DNA of 64,000 nt from contig NC_043015.1 of assembly GCF_006345805.1 (NCBI RefSeq), positions 744,001-808,000 on the forward strand, written 5' to 3'. Made by a program: the position numbers and the translations under genes. Source of the DNA: Octopus sinensis (lineage: Eukaryota). Below, in pieces: positions 1 through 14,669 of this stretch. The notes below the pieces were generated by a model. The model was not told where the DNA came from. It worked only from the letters and a program-made list of their open reading frames with translations, and did not search any database. Each line of letters opens with the position of its first letter. Within the stretch, counting starts at the first letter, position 1.

Positions 1-1065
1 CAAATTTTATTTGTTTACAATTATCAGAGTTAATTAGACGTATTATCTTACTTGTAGATATGTATCTTTTATTTTTTAGCACTTATTCATTCTATCACTC
101 GCTGTGGTTGGTATCAATTCTATGGTCGTCCTTAACGCTCCCAACAGGTTTGCCCGTGGGCTGAGTTACACGACTCATCCATTACTTCCGTTGCGGCAAC
201 TAACAAGAATTTTGCCATTGGTCGCCACGCTGTGTGACTGGATGAAGCTATCTTTTGTTATGACCTGCTGGGGAATGTTAAAATGCTTCTCTCATTACGA
301 GCGTCCATTCACGATGTGTATATTAGAGATATTATTTAAAAAAACATTTTCAGTTTAACATATTTCATAATTTTTGCCCTTTTAGCTATTTTTATTTCCC
401 GGTTTCGTTATTAGCTCACATACAGTTTCTGTTATATTGAGCAGGTTCAGTTAATCTGATTTAGGTGATGAAACATCGGACGACCCTGATCCGGTGGCTG
501 ACAATGGGTTACTTATATAATACATGTTTTATTGTTTTATTTCCTAATTCTGATCGTTTTCCCTTGTGCCATAAATGATATTGACAGTCCTTCCAATTCT
601 AGCACAAGTTTTTCCCTTTTCGAAGGGCTTTTTACAATTGTTAAAAATGCCCTGCGTGGTTTTCGATTTTCTGTGACGTTTGGCAGTTTATTGGGTCCTT
701 AAGCACCTTCCGATAAAAAGGACACATATTCATACATATATACATGCATAAACACAGGAACACACATATATATACATACATATGTACACAGACACACGCG
801 CACGCACACAGACACATACAAATATATTTACACAGAGCATGGATGTTTTCGGAAGGCCTGTTTAAATTTTTAGATAATTGATAGAGTTGAAATCTTCCGG
901 AGCATTGGGTTGGCATAACCCAAATGGTTAATATAGAGAAAATTGAATATATTAATATTTGAAAGAGCAATGGATTAATTATCCATGTAATTGAAATGCT
1001 GAGTTTCTTTCATATTGTATAATTTCCATTCTGCTTCACAACGTAATATTGTAATGGAGAAGGAC

Positions 1066-1532
1066 GGCGAGCTGGCAGAAACGTTAGCACGTCGGGCGAT
1101 ATGCTTAGCGGTATTTCGTCTGCCGCTACGTTCTGAGTTCAAATTCCGCCGAGGTCGACTTTACCTTTCATCCTTTCGGGGTCGATGAAATAAGTACCAG
1201 TTAAGCACAGGGTCGATATAATCGACTTAATCCCTTTGTCTGTCCTTGCTTGTCCCCTCTGTATTAAGCCCCTTGTGGGTAGTAAAGAAATAGGTATTTC
1301 GTCTGCCGTTACGTTCCGAGTTTAAATTCCGTCGAGGTCGACTTTGCCTTTCATACTTTCGGAGTCGATAAATTAAGTACCAGTTACGCACTGGGATCGA
1401 TATAATCGAATTAATCCCTTTGTCTGTCCTTGTTTGCTCCTTGTGAGCAATAAAGACATAAGAAACGTTAGTGAGTCGGGCGGAACGCCTAGCGGTATTT
1501 CGTCTTTCTTTACGTTCTGCGTTCAAATTCCG
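1066..1532 (+). mobile_element. tRNA-derived SINE family M, head-to-tail trimer (units 1066-1292, 1293-1460, 1461-1532)
   Basis: A-box-like TGGCAGAAACGTTAGC and B-box GAGTTCAAATTCC, then the body GAGGTCGACTTT.CCTTTCATCCTTTCGGGGTCGAT..ATAAGTACCAG and the tail TGTCTGTCCTTG.TTGTCCCCTCT...AGCCCCTTGTGGG..TAAAGAAATA. The body recurs in unit 2; unit 3 is a truncated head. The same structure is at 12989-13752. Confidence 0.85.
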
Positions 1533-1593
1533 AATTTGGGGTCCATCTAAATTTAAGATATTATCTAATGCACCTTAGGAGTGGCTGTGTATA

Positions 1594-1999
1594 GGCGCGG
1601 GAGTGGCTGTGTGGTATGTAGCTTGCTAACCAACCACATGGTTCCGGGTTCAGTCCCACTGCGTGGCACCTTGGGCAATTGTCTTCTGCTATAGCCCCGG
1701 GCCTACCAATGCCTTGTGAGTGGATTTGGTAGGCGGAAACTGAAAGAAGCCTGTCGTATATATGTATATATATATGTGTATGTGTGTTTTTTTTTTCTGT
1801 GTTTGTCCCCCTAGCATTGCTTGACAACCAATTCTGGTGTGTTTACGTCACCGTCACTTAGCGGTTCGGCAAAAGAGACCGACAGAATAAGTACTAGGCT
1901 TACAAAGAATAAGTCCAGGGGTCGATTTGCTCGACTAAAGGTGGTGCACCAGCATGGCCGCAGTCAAATGACTGAAACAAGTAAAAGAGTAAAAGAGTA
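1594..1999 (+). mobile_element. composite tRNA-derived SINE family A, full length
   Basis: Head GGAGTGGCTGTGTGGT..GTAGCTTGCT...GGTTCCGGGTTCAGTCCC, CORE-like GCACCTTGGGCAA.TGTCTT, internal (TA)/(TG) tract, 3' module ending GACTGAAACAAGTAAAAGAGTAAAAGAG. The first 13 bp (GGAGTGGCTGTGT) are duplicated at 1578-1590. Many homologous copies in the window. Confidence 0.85.
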
Positions 2000-2689
2000 T
2001 AGTAATAATTAGGTGTAAGATTGCAATAAATGGATTCTATCTCTATATTAAATGATTTGTTGAACATTCCATGCTTATTAAATTATATAATTTAGAATGT
2101 GTGATTCCACTTAAATGGAGAGAATATATACAGCATTAAACGTAATTAATGGTGCTTCCAATATTATGCTTGATAACGGTAATTTGGTGTTTGTGGTATT
2201 GTAAATATTTAGACATGTACTAGATTTAGAAGGGTAACAAACATTAGGTATGAAATGGAAAAAGTCTGTGTGTTTCATTTTGCTGGGTTAATGACGGGGT
2301 TTCTCCAGGAAGACTGTTAGTCATTTCAATACCTCGCATTCGGAGAGAAATTCAAGTTTATTGACTGTGTTACTTTATGTTTAGTTCAAAAAGATATTTT
2401 CAAAGAATATATATTAATGTGACTGAAATCGCGGACATATGTTTGGCAAAAACTAATTTATATGACGTTAAAGTTGAATATCTGACAAGGGGACGGCACA
2501 TGTTTTAAGGGGAGGTAATATGTTTATTTGTCTACTTTCACTTTCAGTATTATTTGACATGTTTGAATATAACAAAAACAGGATATGAGACCAAGCAACA
2601 AGGTTCTATTGATCAAGCATTGATAAAGTATACGACAGAAGAATGTTCAACAAATAACGTACTGATATATCCATTTAGAAGTTACTGCA

Positions 2690-5650
<2,961 letters not shown>

Positions 5651-5861
5651 TGTCTGTGTTTGCATATATGTATTAATGTAGATATTATAATAAAATTCTT
5701 ACTTAAATGTAATTAGTTAATGGAAATGAAATTTTATAACGTTCCACCAGAATAAAGTAAGGAGCTGCGACAATAGCTTGATACGTACCACCATATATAT
5801 ACATTTGTACACTAGTACATACATGCATATCTATACAAATATTCATACATACATATAAAAA

Positions 5862-5896
<35 letters not shown>

Positions 5897-6876
5897 ATAT
5901 ATATATATATATATATGTGTAGTTATATAATTAATATATATGTGTGTTGTGTGTGTGTGTGTGTGTGTATGTCGTGTACCGCGACATCCTTTGTGTTCTG
6001 TTGTTGATTTCATTTGATGCATATATATATTATATCTATATGACTACGCCAAGGCATGTGTATATAAATATTTGCAAAATACTGCAAATAAATATATAAT
6101 CGCATACGATGTAACAATGTATATACGTATGTTTACGCACGTTGCCAACCCCAACGATACTTACTTCCCCAGTACAATGATATAAGAACCAAATTTCAAT
6201 GGGCTGAAAACTTTTCTCGGATGCCATTCTGTTCAATACCAATAAACACACACGTACACACACAAACACCTACAAACACACGCACACATACACACACACA
6301 CACACATAAACACACACACACATGTACACATACACACACATACAAACACACAAACATGCACGCACACACTCACGTATATATGTCTATATTTGTTAGTATA
6401 CAACTCTTTGTACGCTCACAGAGAAACTGTGTGTGTATATGTGTGAGCATTAGTGTGTGTGTATAAACGTGTGTCTGTGTTTTCTGATATACATGTTCTA
6501 TACTTTCTACGCATTATTAATCCAATCTCCTGTAATTCATTATTTTAATGAAGGTAACTTAAGTCTGATCAGAAGCCAATGGATTACCCCGCATTTTGAT
6601 AATTACTGCTTACGAAGTTCTGCTAGCTATGATACTATGTCACCTGGGTTTAATCTACTTCATTCCCCAACTTTGAATTCGATTCGCATACAAATCAATC
6701 CCTGCTAATAATCATAAACTATAAAACAACTTTTCGAGCTTATCGAACATTGATACGGGAAAAATGTACAACCTTCTACGGGAATAAACCATTATTGGGT
6801 CTGATATTTTTTTTTATATACATCCTACGGACTGCTCGCGTTTTACTGTTTTCCTACACCTTGATCGTGGCTCTTC

Positions 6877-7410
6877 GCAGAAGTGGCTGTGTGGTAAGTA
6901 GCTTGCTTGCCAATCACATGGTTCCATGTTCAGTTCAACTGCGTGGCACCTTGGGCAAGTGTCTTCTACAATAGCCTCAGGTCGACAAAATCCTTGTAAG
7001 TGGATTTGGTAGACGGAAACTGAAAGAAGCCCTGTATATATACAATATATATATATATATATTATAGTGTGTGTGTATGTATATATATATACGTATGTAT
7101 GTATATATATATATTATATATATATAATGTATATTAATATATATTATATATATATATATAATATATATATATATATATAAATATGTGTGTGTGTGTATGT
7201 TTGTGTGTCTATTTTATCCCCCAACATCGCTTGACAATCTATGGTGGTGTGTTTACGTCCCTGTCACTTAGCAGTTCGGGAAAGAGACCGATAGAATAAG
7301 TACTAGCTTACAAAGAATAAGTCTTGGTGTCGATTTACTCGACTACAGGCTGTGCTCCAGCATGACCTCAGTCAAATGATCGAAACAGTTAAAAGAATAA
7401 AAGAATAAAA

Positions 7411-7414
<4 letters not shown>
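6877..7414 (+). mobile_element. SINE family A, full length with expanded internal (TA)n
   Basis: Collinear with 1594-1999: same head, 3' module and (AAAAGAAT)n tail; internal microsatellite about 170 bp. Confidence 0.85.
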
Positions 7415-7447
<33 letters not shown>

Positions 7448-8214
7448 GAGAGGGGGGAGAGAGATAAATAGACAGATAGACAAACAGACATATAGATAGA
7501 AATGAATATCCTTCATGGAATAAATTTTTATCTAATTAACTAATAATCGTGTTTATCCATATTCAATTTTTTTTCCTTTATATAATATTCATCATAGATC
7601 TCTCTACGCCTGTTAGTGTGTTTATTACAGATGCACCTTTATCCATGTCGGTAACTCAAATCCATCCATCTACAAAATGGAGAATATTCCTACCATTCAT
7701 GTAATACTTTTCTGCAAATCTAATGACGTATTCTCCATCATTTCCGTAGATTTATCAATTATTTCACTTCATTGATCTTATTCGAGTTATTTCCCTTGTA
7801 TATTGTTTCTAGAATTTAATCCCTGGCAGATGTAGCTGTGTTGGCTAATTTCAATGGCTAATCAATTGCAGTTTTTCACCTCATTATGATTCTTACTTGA
7901 GACCTGTCATATAATAAAAGATCTGCATCTCTGAAAATATGTGCAAGTTACCCTGCTATTCACATTGTTAAGATATGTACAATGATAGTATAGACTGATC
8001 AGAAGTGTTAGTCACAGTCGAAGGAATATATAAATCTGTTTTGTATCGCATAGGAAATCTTAAAGAGCAATTGTGTTATAACGGTGGCAGTTTTCATTGC
8101 ATATAGACTATATATGAGCGAGGACATACGCTTTCCCCACAATATTTAAGCAACTGAATACCGAGACATGTTGTTTATAAACATAGACATAGGAAAGCAG
8201 AACGTCTTTTGTTT

Positions 8215-8340
8215 CTGTTGTGTGGACGCCCTAAGACGATGAAGCAGGCTAGCCCAGTGCGTAGATATAGAGAGAGAAGTCTAGACTCAGGATTGAGTAG
8301 AGGTCATCCGAACGTGCGATATAACTGTGGCGACGAGGAT
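8215..8340 (+). mobile_element. putative Gypsy-type LTR relic ending in a tRNA-Ser(GCU) primer-binding site
   Basis: TG-starting segment followed by TGGCGACGAGGAT (8328-8340), the reverse complement of the eukaryotic tRNA-Ser(GCU) 3' end ...ATCCTCGTCG-CCA as recalled. No internal ORF or second LTR seen. Confidence 0.4.
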
Positions 8341-8400
8341 TTCGTAGCTCACACAGTCACTGTGTAGTATTGCGATATAACAGTATTATATATAACAGTA

Positions 8401-8649
8401 TTGTGAAAGGTAGGAGAGTCCAGTTTGCTGGACATTGTTGTAAAGCTGAATACGAGGCAAGTTCTACTCTTCTCCTCTGGAAGCCATCTACTCGCAATAC
8501 CGGAGGGCGCACACTTTCCTACCCTGATGTAATCTCCAGGGATACAGGCATCCAGCAACAGGACCTCCGTAATGCTATGATGGACCGTGAAGTCTGGCGT
8601 AGCATGGTAAATTCCATTGTCTCGACCACGGTCGAACAATGATGATGAT
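8401..8649 (+). mobile_element. 5'-truncated RTE-clade LINE, 3' end
   Basis: Translation VKGRRVQFAGHCCKAE...LLLWKP...GRTLSYPDVISRDTG...AMMDREVWRSMV matches the RTE ORF C-terminal pattern (RRLxxAGH ... GR..W ... DR..WR). Ends in a (TGA)n tail. Confidence 0.8.
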
Positions 8650-11059
8650 TATATATATATATTATGATATAAGTATATATGTTGCCAGTCGTGCAGCACA
8701 ATGAGATTAGTTATTGCATATTACGTTATAATTCTTGTTTATCATAGATGGGCATATATATGACATTTGTAATCTTTATAATTTTGGGGTTCATATATAG
8801 TATACTATCATAGCATATAGTAGGAGTAAATAAACTTAAGTATTATATGAAAAGAAGCAGGAAACACTCCCTGACACGTGACATAAAACGTAATTCTGTT
8901 TATCGAGCAATATTTCAAGTGGAGGGCTGCGTATATTTTGAGCCACAATAGAGTACATCAACTGGTGTTTCCCGTCTTTAATGTTAAGTCACAATAATAG
9001 TCGGTTCACCACTAACAAAATTATATTCTTGATAACTGGTTTAAATATGTTCAAACTCTGTTTTATGATTCCACTTCACAGTGGGAAATTATGATAATTC
9101 AATTAAAAAACATGCTTTGAAATATGATTACAGAATCTCAATTCTCTGACGTGCTTTTGTTGCTGGTAATTAGTATGGAATTTTATAAGTAAAAAAAGGA
9201 AAATATTATTACTTTTAATAAAAATTCTTTCATAGTAATATATAGAATATGAGGTAATTTGATATTCATCATTTTCAAATGCAAAATACAGGAATTATTG
9301 TATGTATTTGAACCACAGAGCGTTTAACCCTACTCGTGAGACCCGTTTGGTAAAAGTACTCTAGTATATTTTAGGTCCGCTACACAAATATATGATATTT
9401 TACATGCACTTTGATGTTTAACATAATAAATAAATGAGAGAAATTTCATGAATATTATATCATTTAATCGTTTATTTTTCCAAATATTATATCATTGATA
9501 TGGGGCCCACGCCGAAAAGCTAAATTGTTCAGATTGACACGTGTTTACTATGATGAAACGTTTGTCATTCACGCTGTCAAAATGTTTTCAAAATTATCGC
9601 CTACCAATTAGTTTGTTTTTGTGTTCTATTTAATGATTTTAATTTATTTATTTTTCCATATTACACTTCATCATGAAGTTTTACGATAAGTTAATTGAAG
9701 ATAAAAAAAGAAATAATCTAAAAACCCGCTTCGTGTTTTTCCTCAATCAGGTCATATACAACAGTGTCCCGCATATGCTAAATTAACGTATGTGCAGAGA
9801 TGCCTGGGGTCAGTACAAGGAGGAGAGGATGTCATAGTTGTCTCATCACGCTTGGCCCGTTGTGATCATGACACTCTCTACGGAATGGGCGGGGTCCTCC
9901 TTTGGCGAGCATGACACTGACGGGTAAAAGGCGGACCCTCCCCTGGCATTCATGACAACACTTCAACTCATCATAGAAAAATAATTCATTGCTTTAAATG
10001 ACGTAATGTTTGTTTAACATTGATCTCGTGAAAATTAGACAGTAAAAAAAAGAAACTTCCATACAAAAAATGCTATTTCAATCTGATGAAAATCAGCGGG
10101 AGAAGGTTGCGAAAACAAAAATAAATATCTTAAAATCCAAAAGAAAATACACGTATTTAATCATCAGTTAGCCACAGAAAAAGTTTGGAAAATATGACGA
10201 GAAGAAATTTTGTAATATCAGTCGAACTTTTTATCACTTGACTCCGGAAATGTAGGAAGATAATTTAACAAGGAACATTGAGAGCAGCAAGGTAAAGCAG
10301 TGCAAAAAGTTATTATAACAGGGGCGCAGTTAAGACAACTTAGTAAAGTAATTGAAACAACATATATAAATACATTTGTTTAATAGAATGTTGTAATATT
10401 ATTTGTTTATCTGGAAATATTAAAACAAATACTTAAAGTGCAATAAGTAATTTGCAGATGTATGCCACATATTAGCAGCAATGTGTATGAATACACTGAC
10501 TGCTAGCAGCAATAACGTTTTAAGGACCTTCTCTCTATAGACCCACATTAAATCGAAATAGGGGTCAACAAATAGCTCGTGCATACCAGGTACGTTAAAC
10601 GGAAAAATTATCGGGAAGTCTTTTATATAGAACCATCAGATTTTACAATATATTTCTATAAAATTGTATATTACAAAAGAATAAATACATTGATATATAT
10701 ATTATACTTATTCTATTTCAGAAAATCTTAGTTCCTTAGGCAGTACATGATGTAAACCGGAACATATATACCGGGTATTTAATAAAAATATATACAAAAG
10801 AGAGATTGTTGAAAAGATATACTTGAATGAAATTATAAATCTATATTAAGTATGTATATATGGATATATCATTAGGTTTTTGTGCACTTGTACGTGTGTG
10901 TGTGTGTGAGGATATTGAAGATATGTAAATTTATACATACACATTTTCCACAGCAATTCATACACAAACAAATGTATGCTTTCTAACGATACCCCTCCCT
11001 GTGTTTCACTGTCTATCCATCTGTCTATCTAGTTCTCTATTTATCATATGTAAATATGT

Positions 11060-11105
<46 letters not shown>

Positions 11106-12009
11106 ACACATAGACACGTATATATACATATATATACATACAAGCATACATATATATACATACATGCATACATACATACGTACATACATATATATATATA
11201 TATATATAAATATATAATTTATTCGTGCATACATTTGTTATGTTTGCTTTTATGAGTGCTTGAATGGTTGAGTATACGTTCATGTAGGTCTCTTTATGTG
11301 TATCTGCGCGAATATATGTGTCAACTTAAATAATGGAAATATTACTTACATAATGTCAAAATTAATTTCATTACATAGGGTGTTTAGTGCCCGAACACCT
11401 CGAATAATAGGCCCACTGCGAAACAGTTTACCTGTGTTAAAGAACAATTTAGATATATATTTAAGTATTCTGTTACGTTTGTATGCATACGTTTTGCCTC
11501 TGATCACTCTCGTTATACACCCGCAATCATTATCTAGCGGGAAACAATAACAATATGTTATGTACACATATTAATGTCTAGATTGCAGATTGCTCATTCG
11601 AACTCCTGTTTGTATATCTGTGTTTATATGTCTGTTTGTGTGTATGAGTGTGCGTGACAATGTGTGTGCGTTTTTTAGTGTTTTAGTGTCGCTGTGTGTG
11701 TCTTCGTGTTTGTTTTTGTGCGTGTAATAATTGTAAATCCGGATCTCAAACAGCTCCAACATTGTGTGACTAAACATAACTAAACAAACATATTTGGCGC
11801 CTATTGCAGATATATAAGTTACACAGAGCATTTGTATTTACCTCAGCACACACGGAAGGTGACCAGATATCATAATATTTGAAATGAGTCATTTATTTTA
11901 AAGCTCCTCGTTTTTTTCTGTCTAAACATGTAAACAATATCAGCATGGAAGATTACATTTTAACAAAGGAAATAGAAAATAAAGTCGAGGCGTTATTTGT
12001 TCTAGCTAG

Positions 12010-12960
12010 TAAAATATTATTTGGAAATGAGCATCTTTTTGAACGTGGCCCAGCATCGTGTTTTCAACGTTGAAACCCATGCTGAAGCTTTTGAAGACAT
12101 GGATATATTATCAAGTGTTAACGCGGTCCTTTTGGCAAAACCCATGCAGCCCGAAAGCGCTGCATCCTGAAAGACGATCTCATTGTGTCGAAAAGGGCCA
12201 GCATCAAAACTCTGGTATGGCGGCTGTTTAGTATCAGTTGTGCGCTCTGATACCATATGTCAGCATAATCTGGAGTCTTTTCTTCTCTATAACTTGGAGA
12301 ACCGTGTCAACAGGTGTTCTAAATATTATGACATATCTACAATCTTCCCGCAATGCAGGCAGCCAGACTGCAAACTTTTGTCTGATAGTCAACCTTTCGA
12401 GTATCTCGTTTGGCTCACGTATTAAATAAGTTAGTAGGTTATTACAGTGAAGCTCCGAAATGTTGCTATGTCGTACTCCAGTGAGCTATCAGACTGGGTC
12501 TTATAAATCAGCTAAAAGTTCAAATCTTCCATAAACACAGGGGCAGGAACTTCCCAACAACCATAATACTCGAACAGGTGGCCATAAAATAACTGAATAT
12601 TAAAGAAGTTCTTAAGGCCTTCTATTATGCCATGTTTCCCCCCACAAATGAATCTAATACTGAACAAGCCTACCTAAATATTATGTTATTGTTTTTATGT
12701 ATTGCGTCTTTCCGTTGTGCATTGTTATGTTCTCAGCCGATATTATCGAAAGGCAAAATGTGCGTCTATATATTGTGTCGTTAATTTGATTGGCAGCGTT
12801 GGTGCGCTCATGTGTTCAAACGATGCTCTGGTTTTTGTGTCCGCCTTTATTCCGATGCTGAAGCTAATAGTAAAAGGTCGCTGTCTTTGTACTTTTGTGA
12901 GCATACGCAGTATTTCTCTAAGTGTATGATGATTATATTTGTTTTCGGTGCCTTTCAATA
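12010..12960 (-). pseudogene. possible heavily decayed CR1/L2-type reverse transcriptase C-terminal remnant
   Basis: Scattered minus-strand peptides in the expected order: YIDAHFAF (~ LGVxxDxxLxF), HLFEYYGCW (~ PxLEYxxxVW), EILER...IEKKRLQIMLTY (~ LERVQ...LExRR), and ...WATFKKML. Many frameshifts and stops. Confidence 0.3.
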
Positions 12961-12988
12961 TTCCTCCCAGTATTTGCTTCCGTATTAC

Positions 12989-13752
12989 GGAATCGAGTTG
13001 GCAGAAAAGTTAGCACGCCGGGCGAAATGCTTTGCGGTATTTCGTCTGCCGTTACATTCTGAGTTCAAATTCCGCCGAGGTCGACTTTGCCTGTCATCCT
13101 TTCGGGGTCGATAAATTAAGTACCAGTTACGCACTGGAGTCGATATAATCGACTTATTCCGTTTGTCTCTCCTTGTTTGTCCTCTGTGTTTAGCCCCTTG
13201 TGGGTAGTAAAGAAATAGGTATTTTGTCTGCCGTCACGTTCTGAGTTCAAATTCCACCGAGGTCGACTTTGCCTTTCATCATTTCGGGGTCGATAAATTA
13301 AGTACCAGTTACGTACTTGGATCGTTGTAATCGACTTAATACTTTTGTCTGTCCTTGTTTGTCCCCTCTATGTTTAGCCCCTTGTGGGCAATAAAGAAAT
13401 AAGAAACGTTAGTACGCCGGTCGAAATGCTTAGCGGTATTTCGTCTGCCGTTACGTTCTGAGTTCAAATTCCACTGAGGTCTACTTTGCCTTTCATCCTT
13501 TCAGGTTCGTTAAATTAAGTACCAGTTACGCAATGCGATCGATGTAATCGACTTAATGTCCTTGTTTGTCCTCTCTATATTGAGCCCCTTCTGGGCAGTA
13601 AAGAAATAAGAATCGGTAAGCAGGTCGAGCAAAATGTATAGCGGCATTTCATCGGTCATTTCAAGCTGCATTCAAATTATATTAAGGTCAACCTTGACCT
13701 TCATCATTTTCTGAGTCAATAAAGTAAGTACCAGTTGAGCACTGAGGTCAAA
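12989..13752 (+). mobile_element. SINE family M head-to-tail tetramer (units 12989-13217, 13218-13401, 13402-13608, 13609-13752)
   Basis: Same head, body and tail as 1066-1532. Units 1-3 are mutually similar; unit 4 is much more diverged and has no tail. Confidence 0.85.
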
Positions 13753-14130
13753 CTTTGAAACTTATATCTGCTTTTGTGACGGGTAACTGGACCACAGCAT
13801 TCATACAATCACACACAAAAGCACACACGCACACCCTCAATCACACACATGCACGCACGAACGCGCACCGCCACACATATTTATATATATTACATAGAAA
13901 TTAATTAGCATTTACATATGTTTCTCTATGAATACAAATACTTACGAATATTTATAATAATTCAGTTATGAATAAAGATTTCATGTATTTTTTGTAGTAA
14001 CAAGGTTATAATAAATATTTACGCAATTATGGACATCATGAGAAATAATTATGTAAATATTTCTTTTGCTGCTTTGCATATACCTTTCTCCAGGCTTATA
14101 TTTACGTTAACAGCAATTATTTAAGCTTCC

Positions 14131-14527
14131 TTATTCTCTTTTAATCTTTTTCTTGTTTCAGTCATTTGACTGTGGCCATGCTGGAGTATCGCCTTTAGTC
14201 GAGCAAATCGACCCCAGGACTTATTCTTTGTAAGCCTAGTACTTATTCTATTGATCTCTTTTGCCGAACTGCTAAGTTACGGGGACGTAAACACACCAGC
14301 ATCGGTTGTCAAGCCATGTTGGGGGGGGTAAAACACAGACATACACACACGCACACGCACACGCACACACACATATATATATACGACGGGCTTCTTTCAG
14401 TTACCGTCTACCAAATCTACTCACAAGGCTTTGGTCGGCCCGAGGCTATAGTAGAAGACATTAACCGAAGGTACCACGTAGTGGGACTGAACCCGGAACC
14501 ATGTGGTTAGTAAGCAAGCTACTTAAC
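14131..14527 (-). mobile_element. SINE family A, near full length
   Basis: Reverse complement of 1594-1999. Confidence 0.85.
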
Positions 14528-14669
14528 GCACTGAAACAAGTAAAGGAGTAAAAGGGTATGCTATTTTTTAATTCAATATCTATCATATATTTTGGACACA
14601 CACACACACACTCACACAAACACACATACTCATATACACACACACGCATGCACACAGATACACACACAC

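Noticed and set aside
9324-9345. TTAACCCT piggyBac-like terminus (and AGGGTTAA at 58941-58948)
   Set aside because: No matching inverted end was found for either, and they do not match each other beyond the first few bases.
10083-10116. CTGATGA...GAAA hammerhead-like motif
   Set aside because: Weak, offset stem II; no stem III, cleavage triplet or stem I.
12240-12480. LRR-like periodicity in a minus-strand open frame (ISELHCNNLLTYL...LERLTIRQ...)
   Set aside because: The conserved Asn is missing in most units, there is no start or splice context, and a decayed LINE explains it at least as well.
12989-13752. Regularly spaced repeats suggesting a CRISPR-like array
   Set aside because: The units are 140-230-bp tRNA-derived SINE copies with no unique spacers, in a eukaryotic context with no cas genes.
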